DNA of 20,000 nt from Toensbergia leucococca (taxonomy: Eukaryota), in contig JALDZS010000125.1 in the NCBI GenBank assembly GCA_022813965.1, positions 53,511-73,510 on the forward strand. The letters run 5' to 3'. The notes under the pieces were generated by a model. It was not told where the DNA came from. It saw nothing but the letters and a program-made list of their open reading frames with translations, and did no database searches. A program made the position numbers and the translations under genes. Of the stretch, positions 10,270 through 20,000 are shown piece by piece (position 1 is the first letter of the stretch; the number at the start of each line of letters is the position of its first letter).

Positions 10270-11240
10270 GGTGTGAGGATAGATTCAAGCCTGACAGTGT
10301 CAACAGCGCTATGATTGATCTTGACCTTCTCAGTGCTCTGGTTCACGTTTTTGATGGAGCACATTTCTCTTCACCCTGAACAATGAGCATCATGAATCAT
10401 CTGACATTGATCAAGTCCGCCCGCTGTGCTGCTGAGAACACTGTTGTCAAGTAAGTGAGTGTGTCAGCTCATGTATGTGAGTCCATGAGCTTTTGATGTC
10501 AAGTTAGAAGAGAGCGTTTTCAAACCCGCACGCACAGAATCAGATGCACGGCGTAAGGGAACTCAGCGCTGCGCTCTCTTAGGCTCAGATGTCTGATCTT
10601 GTCAGTGTTAGAGCTTTATCACGGCGCTGAGTTGTCTTCTTGATTTCTTGAGGTTGCTATTATGCAGTCAGTGCATGTAGTTCAGCTTGAGATGAAAAAT
10701 ATGAGCTGAGAAAAAAACTGAATGTTTTGATGGCGTCAGTGATAGTGTGAATCCTGGTGTTGAATCTGTTCAGAAAGCCTGCTCTGCCTTGAGATGAAGA
10801 TTTTTATGACTTGCTGAATTGAGTGACTTTCTCATATTGAGCAGAGATCTGCTTTAGTAAACCTCTCACTCATACTCATTCACTTAAGAAAAAAGACAGA
10901 TAGAATCTAACCTTAGCACAGCGGGTGCAAACGTCGCAGAACTAAAACACACATTCCTAACCCTTACTTTTTCTTCTCTCCCTGGTGTCTTTATTCTTTA
11001 TTACCTCTCAATAGAAGACATAGATAATGAGAAACAGAACTCTTTTATTATAAAGATTAACTGAATTAGTGTGATAATAACAAGGGTTGCAAAAGATGAC
11101 ATGAAAATGAGATATCTACAATCTGAATATCATGAGAGATATCATGTACCTATTCAATAACATCAAATGATCATATGAAAAGACGTCAAGGGAAGACAAT
11201 TGTCAAGATCTTGGGCTTATCCTCAAGAAGTTAGCCTTCA
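10270..11240. other. ORF-free degenerate sequence with RIP/methylation-like mutational signature (possible repeat or pseudogene relic)
   Basis: No ORF of 60 aa or more over about 1.1 kb. By eye enriched in TG/CA, TGA/TCA and AGA/TCT, depleted in CC/GG relative to flanks, and AT-rich at 10960-11200. No TE domain recognised. Confidence 0.4.
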
Positions 11241-11312
11241 GGGTGACTGAGGATGTGACTCTCTTCAAGCTAGGACCAGAGCCATCTATCCAATTTCTCC
11301 AATCACCACATC

Positions 11313-12023
11313 TCATTTCACCACCGCCATCAAAAAGCCATCATAATCCTTCGCCCCAACCGTCTGCACAACCACAGCATCTACCCTCCCATCCACGCCC
11401 ACATTCTCCACCAAATCAACCACCCCCTCCTCCCTCTTCGCCGCCGGCCCCACAATCCCGCTCTCCAACAGCCGCCGCACCACATTATCCACATAGATCA
11501 CACTCCCCTTCCCTTTGCACAGCTTGACCCCCCAATCAAAATAATGCCACTGATTTTCCCAGTCCGCATCCACAAACACGAAATCAAATCCCACCCTCTT
11601 CCCCGCTTCAATCTCCTGGCCCAGTCGCGGTAGCACATCCAGCCCAGCACCCAGCACCACCTCCGCCTCCTCGGGCACCTTGACACCCGCATGCTCCAGG
11701 TTCGCGATCGAGACATCGCGGCGAGCGCTGTCGATCTCGATACTCGTCACCTTCCCTCCCCCACTCCCGTTGGCTTTCAGCGCTTGCGCGAACCAGATGC
11801 TGGAGTACCCGCCCAAGGTCCCCAGCTCCAAGACGTTTCGCGCGCCGGACATGGTGGTTAGGAGAGAGAGAAACTTGCCCTGGGAGGGGGAGACGGCGAT
11901 CATGGGGATGCCGTTGGCGGTGCTGTTGTCATAGGCGTGCGTGAGGGCAGGGGTTGGGGGGATGAGGTGCTTTTCCGTGTGGGCGTCCACGGCCGGGGCG
12001 TGCTTGACATTACTGATGGACAT
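11313..12023 (-). CDS. SAM-dependent class I O-methyltransferase (Methyltransf_3; COMT/CCoAOMT-like), 236 aa, intronless
   Basis: IAVSPSQGKFL, VLELGTLGGYSSIW (SAM motif I), FDFVFVDADW and IYVDNVV (metal-binding D/DN), YDGF C-terminal motif. Confidence 0.95.
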   Translation of the reverse strand: MSISNVKHAPAVDAHTEKHLIPPTPALTHAYDNSTANGIPMIAVSPSQGKFLSLLTTMSGARNVLELGTLGGYSSIWFAQALKANGSGGGKVTSIEIDSARRDVSIANLEHAGVKVPEEAEVVLGAGLDVLPRLGQEIEAGKRVGFDFVFVDADWENQWHYFDWGVKLCKGKGSVIYVDNVVRRLLESGIVGPAAKREEGVVDLVENVGVDGRVDAVVVQTVGAKDYDGFLMAVVK

Positions 12024-12954
12024 TGCTTGTCTTTTTTGGGCCGTTATTTGGGATGGGAGAGGTGGATGGCGGATTATGGCAGGTGGGTAAGGCGACCTAT
12101 GGCGTTCTTGCAGGCAGGGAAGCTGAGGAAGGCGAAAGATCCGTGGAGGACAGGCTTCTAGAAGTAACGATGAGAGACTGATTGAGACCTCGACGAAGGA
12201 CGAACCTACTTATATGAACCGATATTACTCATAATATATGCCGTCAGCATCGTAAGCCCGAACCTCGGCCTCCGACGCACAACAGTGATATCTCCGAGCC
12301 AGAACTCCGAGCCCCAAAAAAACATCCCCGAGTAAAAAAATCCGAATACAATCAGCAATATCCGTAGGTAGCTCGTCAAATAATACCAAACGCTGCGACC
12401 GTGATGGTCCTTAGACAAAGGGGTCCCCATTTCGAATCAAAAAGCACAAGAAACCTTTTGAAAGCACCTTCATTCTCTCATCCCTCGGTCATAGAAATTG
12501 GCCATCTCAGCGCAGGTGGGAACCAAAACCGGAAAATCCGCGCGCATCGCCGTCCACAGTCAGTCCGAAAGACACAGCAGGATCGACTGGTCAAAGATGG
12601 TGGGTGAGCGGAGCTGGATTTGTGTCTGAACAATGGCCCGCAACAAAGCCCTCTTCTTTGCTTTTTCTCTCCCACTTCTTCTCAGCGACAGAGTGATTTG
12701 GGAATTCCAAAACGGGGGAGGAGGGTGGCAGGTTTCATGAAAATGGTAGACATATCTACCCAGACAAATAAACAATGAAATATTCAATTTACGCTTATGA
12801 AGAAAAGAGGCTCTGATATCATATGTGGACTTGTATATACATCACGTCCGTTGCCATTTCTAGATATTATAAGAGAGCTCGTATGTTTGGCTATTGAAAA
12901 GTTGCAAATTGCAAGAGAACTCAGAATATACAAAAAACCCGAATCAGTGCTTCA

Positions 12955-15548
12955 TTAAGACCCGCCAGAAGTATAAAGGCAACGATCAAAATTCCCATTG
13001 GCATTATTGCCCCAGTATTCTGGGAAATTGATAGCGTTCCCAGCTGCACCTTCAACGGCAAATGATAAGATAAAGACAATCACCGACGTGCCGCCATCCA
13101 GTGCGGCAGAAACAAGATAATTATATTTAAGGAAAATATTGGGGTAGTATCTTCGGATGTAGAATTGGCTGGTAAAGCCAATGGCGAAAAAGGCCATGAT
13201 GGACGAGTTGATGCCTACGCAGAGATATTCGGCGTAGTAGATAATGACGCCCGTGTTAATGCCATCGAAACCCAATTTGGGATATAGCCGGTGCGCTAGG
13301 TAGAAGGGGAGTGGGGCGATAAAGCCGAGGAGGAAAACCAACGTTGTCCATTCGTACCGGCCGCCGACGGAGAAGAGATCATGGGCGAGGCCACCCCATG
13401 CTACTGCCTGTGAAGATTTATTAGTGACTGGTCTAACGGCGAAAAGAATGAAAGAGGTTGGACATACCTGAGAGTTGTATTGCTGAGGTTGTTGTCCGGA
13501 CCAGACGTTGGTTCCTTCAACTGAAAGAAGAATGTCCCTCTGATTCGTGACAATCTGATTCATCATGATATAGTTGAATATCGCGCCGATAAAAGTGCCT
13601 AGCATCTGCATTGTGAATGTCACTCTGGGAGCCAGATGGCCATACTGAGCCAGCTTGAGATCTTTGCCCAAAAGCGTGCCCTGTAGTACAGAATTGTACC
13701 CATAGAGGGTAAAGTACATGTTGGCAACAGGATTACCAGGCTGGATGTAACCGCCGACCATCTGAACTACAGGCTGGATGAGGAAAACGACTCCTGTAAC
13801 GGCTTGTTGCGCAGCGAAGAAAACGATGCACACGTATGCCATTAGGCAGGCCACAAGGTAACCCCACCACGGGAGGGTCGAGTCACCTTTGTAGAGACAG
13901 ACCAAGGCGATGATGACCGACAGAATAAGGACGAGGCCATACCACCAATCCGGACATGCTTTGTAGGCAAGCATCATTCTATAATGAGGATCGTAGTTCG
14001 TTTGATCCTCATCCGGAGAGGCGTCGGAATTCCAGAATTTGATATTCCAAGTCTTGGGCGAAACCAGACTTTTGAGATTGTTGAGATTGAAGAATGCCCA
14101 CGCCATTTTCATCTCATTCCATTTATATAGAAGAAGATGGGTAATACTAGCAGTTATGCTCATGTTGACCAATAATGTGGCGAGTGCATAGGTAGTGGAA
14201 AACCAGGGAAGGCCATAAACATCCAAGGCTGCCTTATCAATCAGGTTGTCCGCGCCTATGACTGCTGTTTGGTTCCATTGGATGGGATCTGTGCTGTTGG
14301 AGTCTTGCGAGAACAAAACCTGAGACAGAAATGGGAAATTCTGAGCGTTCCAGAGGTTTGTGTAGAAAACTCCTGAAAATAAGCAGATACAGATTACGAC
14401 CCCAATACCCTGGCTGATCAGACTGTCGAGAGGGTAGTACAATGGCGAATAGCCACCGGAAATATACTGCCAATCCATACACCAGGAGAACAGCCCTAGT
14501 CCTTCATTACCGCTGGCCCCACCAAAGACATTAGTAAAGGCAGCGTTATTCTGTCCAGCGAGACAAAAGATGCTTATTCCAGTAAGGAGGGGCATGATCC
14601 ATTGTGGGACAATTTCCCAGACGAAGATGCAAGCAAAGACAATGCCAAACACTTTCAGACCTCGTTTATTTTCCGACCGTTTTCTGTGTAATGTCTCCAA
14701 CATGGTATTTACCGGCAGATTTGAGGGCCAAAGCATTGTCTCAGGGTAAACGAGCGTTTTGCGCAAAAGACCGGTGATGCCATAGCCTAGGAATTGGGAG
14801 GAGAAAAGTAGGAAAATGGAAAGGCCTCCATTGAGTGTGGTATTGTAGTAGAGCCTTTCGACTGCTAGCAATTCAATGCCAAGTGCACAGGTGCTAGCAG
14901 CATTCGCCATGATGATAATGGCAATATGCTCCTTGGCGTTGAAAGGGTGCGGGTTGAACCAACGACCGATCCAACCATGCTTAGGGATGATAAAAGCCAT
15001 GAACTCTCCTAGTATATAGCTGATGACGGCTAGGAAGACGGTCGACACGGCGATAGTCTGCGGCTTAAAGTAGTAGATTGCGGCAATCACGGATCCGAAA
15101 ATTGAGAGCCCAATCCCTATGAGGAGAATTAGCAGGCGGTATTGACTTGGATGATTAATTCCTCACCAAGGAACCAGGTGCGGAAAGTCAGGGCATTGAG
15201 AGTTGGATCATCCTCGACATGAAGGGTTTTGGTGAGGACATCGTCAATATTTGCCGGATGGTTCACGGTACGGTCATGGTCACCCTCTTCAACATCGTAA
15301 GTTGGTGGACCTTGGTCGAAGGAGGGACTATCGGGAGATATTTTTGCATCAACGGCGGGTGTTTTTCCATCTCCACGATTCAATTGACCCAATTCCAGGT
15401 CACCTCTCTCGCTATCAACGGTGTGTGTCTGTCCATCTCCAGGACTGAATTGATTCAATTCCAAGTTCCCTTTCTCGCTATCAATGGCAGAAGTGTTTGC
15501 AATGTCAGTTCCAGTGGCTGAGCCAAATCCAGTTCTATGCGTCGCCAT
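12955..15548 (-). CDS. OPT-family oligopeptide transporter, about 827 aa; exons 15548-15167, 15116-13468, 13407-12955
   Basis: Motifs DDPTLNALTFRTWFLG, NPHPFNAKEH, DPHYRMMLAYKACPDWWY, DLKLAQYGHLAPR and KYNYLVSAALDGG, with many TM segments. Introns 15117-15166 and 13408-13467 have GT/AG ends and CTAAT branch sites. Confidence 0.95.
15348..15487 (-). repeat. 66-bp (22-aa) tandem duplication in the OPT N-terminal tail
   Basis: AIDSEKGNLELNQFSPGDGQTH / TVDSERGDLELGQLNRGDGKTP / AVDAK; ATCAAYGG recurs at 15348, 15414 and 15480. Confidence 0.9.
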
Positions 15549-16613
15549 AGCCAGAGTGTCAAGACGGCGGCTCTTACAATATTTCAGCCATGGTCAATAA
15601 ACGGAAAGACGTCAGAATTGATCACGATGGATACGCCCGGCATGATGGCGGCTTTATATCTATCGAGATATCTATCGAAGCAAATAGTAGCTCTTGCGAA
15701 GGGTGTGGTACATCAGCGTCGATTGGCTACACGGAGAAGACCAGTCGTTGTACCCAGCTCCTTATCGGGTGGCAAGGCAGTATCATTTCTGATTGCAGAA
15801 GGTGCTCTCGAGACTGCTCCTTGATGATTCCAGCACCCTAGAGCGAACCAAGCTTTTTTGCCGCGAATGCTTATCTGCTAACTGCACCGACAAGAGACAA
15901 GATCCCCCATCCCCTGCTACACTAAAGACACCTTGTTGCTTTTGCGGTCGTGGTAGTGATGAGACGCTACCGCTATAAATCTTAGTCTCCGAACTTCCTG
16001 GTGTACGAGATCCGTAGCATGCAACAAGCCAGAAATAGGGGAGTGGAGACGATGTTGATAGGACAATCAAAAGAGAGCGACCGGCGTTAGGTGAGGCTGA
16101 AAGACATCAATGGTGGTGTGGGTCTAGAATAGGTAGAGGTGGTGAGGTGTGGACGTGTTGACGTCATACATGGAGAAGGTGGCTGAAAGTTGAAACGTGG
16201 AGCACAATCAAGGAATCGAATTACCTAAGCTACGAGGGCACGAGGGTACCTTAGGGCATTGAGGCTTAACCGACACTTCACGTGCGATGTTACACGGAAA
16301 TGATATTCGCTAATTGGAAGATTCAGCTGCTGCGAGTGCATCAAGGTAAAACGTGAGCGTACAGCCGCCAGTATTCTAGGCAGAAGAAGGCAGACAGAAG
16401 AGGAGAGAAATTCCCTCACTCTGAGCTAGACAGCCTCATTCGTTGAGGCCTAGGTAGGTACGAGGTACCTTGGAACCCCGCCAATATGCCTGATAATAAA
16501 ACGGCTGTCCGTCATTGATTAAATCTATTTCTAGGCTTCTGCAAGGACCCTCACCTTGCGACGACTGATAAGAGTTAGGCTGAACTTGACATATCCCTAT
16601 TCCTATCCCTACC

Positions 16614-19600
16614 ATGAGTCTCTCGCCCATCGGTGACACCCTGGCTCTTACGCAGCTAGCCTACACTCTTTACTCGCAATGTTATGTTGTTGCTCGCGAT
16701 GCTCCAGCTGAATATGAAGAACTTCTCCTGCAGCTTGGCATCTTCCGAGGAACTCTTCTGCGCATCCACGAAACTTCCATCCATCATGCTGCAACCGCGA
16801 ATACCCAAAGAAAAGATATCCTTCAGTTGTGTTTCCGCACCCTTTATGACTTTGAAGCTTTGCTCGCCGACTATGGGGAGCTAGGTGAGGTTCCTCCCGA
16901 GAATGAGCCTGCCTCCAGACTAACAAGCTACTTCGCCCTGAAGCTTTAGCAGGAAGCGGCCGCTGGCTCCGCCGTCTGAAATGGACCACTGAGAAAAACA
17001 CCATTGCTGCGTGTCGTGACAAGATCGACAAAGCCCAGAGCTTACTGATGCTCGTTTTGGTGTCAGAATTGAGGTACGTGGCTCGGAGCGTCAACGCCAA
17101 GACTATCACTCGCTCAAATTCAATTGAAGCAACGGAAGGGACGCGCCAGCACCGATACCTTATACCAATGTTCAAGCGCTGTCTCAGGCTCCTGTTGACA
17201 CGTTTGGTAGGCCTCTCGATGCCCAGGTTAATCTTGCAATCCCAGTGCCGCCACCTAGAAATCCTAATCGCCCGGGATCATGGCCAAGTAGCATTACCAT
17301 AACAACGGACGACCCGGGGACCAGCTACTCTACTCGCCAAAGAACTTGCTCTGTATGTCCCCGCCGGCCTACTCATGGGACGTCTCTCAAAGGAGTATCA
17401 GGAAACCCCGACAGCCCTAAGAAATGGCTTAGTCGTCAACGTAAGTTAGCTGAGAAAGATGTGGAAGAGACTATCCGCAGACGTGAGAAGGGAAAAATAG
17501 GCAAGCTTCAAGAAGAATCAAGGCATTATCCAAATTCAGGTCCTCAGATTTGTTTTGAACAGAGCCTGAAACGAGTGAAGGACGAATTGGGATTGATTAA
17601 AGATGATACCGAAACATGGCTTCGATTAGCTATTTGGTGGGTTTTGAAAGTTGGTGCTTGGAGATTGCACAGCGGAGAGCCTCGCTGACTGAACGGTATA
17701 GTCTCGAGCCATACGTCGGATTCTTTCTCAGGCCGGTACCTCACGTGAAGAGCAGGACTTGGCAAGAGCCAGTCGATTCACTTCTCCATGGGGCCGCAAT
17801 ATCTCTATCGAGCAGGCTTTAGCAGATTTGTTGAAAAGTAAATGGATTCTCGACAACGTGATTCGTAAGCGACATAAACATGGCGATTATTTAGACACTA
17901 GAATTATCAAATTGATCTCAAATCTCTCGAGCGTGAGTACTAGGGCTACGGCGCCACTCGCGCCTTTTTATGCCTCGCAAACTGTCATGTATCATTGGAG
18001 AGTCTAACGTCTTGCAGGCCATCGAGCACGACTTACAAGCTTATCAGATGGACTTTTTGTCCCCAGGTTGGCACGAGGCCGTTTCAAACAGAAATTTGAG
18101 TTTTCTTGAAAGCTTTCAACAACCTGTTGAGAGCTGGAGCATTACTCCTCTAGCAATAGAAGATATCACGAAGATGCCGTCTATAGCTGAAGGATACCTG
18201 GAACCTTCAGTCTCAACAAAAGTTAGTAGTAGTCCTCCAGCTATAGATGATATTCTTGGCGTCGAACGGTGGTTCACTATCGATGATCAAGACGGCGGCT
18301 TCAAGCACGAAAGAATACTATTCCGGAGGTACCCACACACGTTTAGCTGACACTGAGTATTCATGACTTGCTGATTCCTACACACAGCTTTGTGAATGCA
18401 CAGGTAGGGGACAGGGAGGAAAGAGTGAAAACCCAGAATGCGCCCTACATGCTTGTGCTCTGGACGAGGATTGGCGAGACCGAGATCTTCTTGTCGCTGT
18501 GCAACCAGCGCAATACTCTCAATCTTTGTCGGATATGTATGTCCCTGAAATATACGTCCATCGAAGATCTGAATCTGACGCATTATCAATGCTAGTCACT
18601 ATACACGACTTGCCGGACCTTAAAACCTGCGAGCAAAGCCACCAGTATCCCATGGAGATGACCTTGTATTTTCCAAGCCAAGAAGTAAGTTTTCGAGCCA
18701 CACAAACTCAGAAGATGATCCACTACCGAGATTGATCATGTATTCTTCACAGGCCGAAATTAGATTTCTCAGTGCTGAAGGTGAGTCCTTATGTCTCATT
18801 TCCAAGCTCGTTGGCGACGATATGCTGTTCTAGCAGGTAACTAATCAAAGCTTGCTGCTGAGCAGACAGCGAGATGTTTTATGATCATCCTAAGAGATAC
18901 TTCCAGGCTATGCAGGGTCGAGTTGCGGAGTCAGGAGAGCTCGCGATATTCCAAACGTAGGATTAGATTCCTTTCAAAATTGAAGCCTATTGTGCATGCA
19001 TTAACACTTTCGATTACTCTAGGGTACTTGAAGCTTACCATGATGAAGGAAATAATGACAAGTCTCCACGCACGTCGTGTGGGTTAAGGTTGTATGAGTC
19101 AACACCAGACGAGCGATTCAAGACTACACGTCGACTTGTGGTCAGTAGCTCCGCAGAGGACACTTTGAGGAGACCTTGGTGCAGGTCATATTGTAAGTTT
19201 ATTATCGTTAACAACAAAATATAAGCTATGATGCTCAAGTGCTTAGGGCTACCGCTCAGCCAAGTCCGGCTTCAGATAAATGACTCCAAGGTCACTATGA
19301 GATGGTCTGATCTCGACTACTGTGAGAGGGTAAGAGGGCATCGTCTCTAAAATCTGGAATATGTCGAGAAGCATGTTAACTGACTGTTCTTTCTAGAAAA
19401 GCAGAACAGGCAACCATGACTATTTCTTTGCTTATGTGTGTACAAATTAAAATACGCCTATATCCTGTACTTACGTATCAACTTTAGGTGTACAAGCCCG
19501 ATATACCCCTAAAGAAGATATTCCTACAATTCTCAAGCGCAGAAGGTTGGCGATTATGACTTTCTCATTTTTCAGTCCCTTGCCCTATTTACACGTAAAG

Positions 19601-20000
19601 GGGACTAGAGGGTTTTTGACTGGTTTGGAAAAGAGAGTTCATTTCGAAACGAAAATGATATCCTACAAGTCGAATATGTTCTCACTAGCAACGAGACAGG
19701 ATACAGACACTATTTCGAAACCTCTCCATCTTCAACCTGTGCAGATTTCTTATAGAATGGAGAATCTCTCCTACCTATTCAGAACTGGAAGCTGACATGA
19801 CTCTTGAATATAGAAGCCGAGAAATTCGCAGAATGCATTCTCTTTCTTACCGAAGAGGAGACTAATCCTGAGACCGAGTTCAAGACTGAGGTGTTCGAAA
19901 ATCCATCCGCGTTCCAAGAAAGCCGGATCTACGATGTATACGATGCAAATGATAATAGAAGACTCTACCATGCAATAGTCTTGGCAACAAGGGATCCGCA
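16614..20000 (+). CDS. Uncharacterised intron-rich protein (>783 aa, runs off the window) with fungal N-terminal helical domain (HeLo-like/SesA-type); exons 16614-16884, 16950-17073, 17130-17649, 17702-17932, 18018-18328, 18388-18536, 18596-18684, 18753-18780, 18866-18956, 19023-19192, 19247-19329, 19397-19435, 19488-19545, 19814->20000
   Basis: Thirteen GT-AG introns join with consistent phase and no stops. The N-terminus MSLSPIGDTLALTQLAYTLYSQCY...DAPAEYEEL...LYDFEALLADY...RRLKWTTEK has the typical pattern of fungal STAND N-terminal domains. Downstream regions look globular (WLRLAIWWVLKS, RSFVNAQ, LSLCNQRNTLNL, WLPLSQV, RWSD). Confidence 0.85.

Noticed and set aside
1..15548. Light/oxidative-stress or secondary-metabolite gene cluster (LOV, OsmC, MFS, OMT, OPT)
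   Set aside because: No backbone enzyme or cluster regulator, and no shared promoter motif seen. Adjacency alone is not evidence in a fungal genome.
18831..18842. Internal TAGCAG|GTAACT in an intron suggesting a microexon or stwintron
   Set aside because: The downstream sub-intron would be only 29 nt. A single intron 18781-18865 with an ACTAAT branch site explains the frame.

Overview
Eukaryotic DNA from a filamentous ascomycete (Pezizomycotina-like short GT-AG introns with CTRAY branch sites). I reconstructed seven protein-coding genes by hand with reading-frame phase checks: a 5'-truncated RGS-LOV-type blue-light sensor (GRNCRFLQ motif on an exon missed by the ORF track), an intronless OsmC/Ohr-family protein, a 12-exon MFS sugar porter, a small secreted Cys-rich protein, an intronless class I O-methyltransferase, an OPT oligopeptide transporter, and a 3'-truncated gene with at least 14 exons whose N-terminus resembles fungal HeLo-like/SesA-type domains. 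Non-coding features include a ~1.5 kb low-complexity, self-complementary intergenic block (about 1950-3480), an ORF-free stretch with RIP-like composition (about 10270-11240), and several short repeats and motif clusters. No rRNA, tRNA, CRISPR array or intact transposon was recognised. Nothing here proves a new system. The best leads are the uncharacterised intron-rich gene, the RGS-LOV protein, the small secreted protein and the possible structured ncRNA region. Family assignments come from recalled motifs, not database searches.
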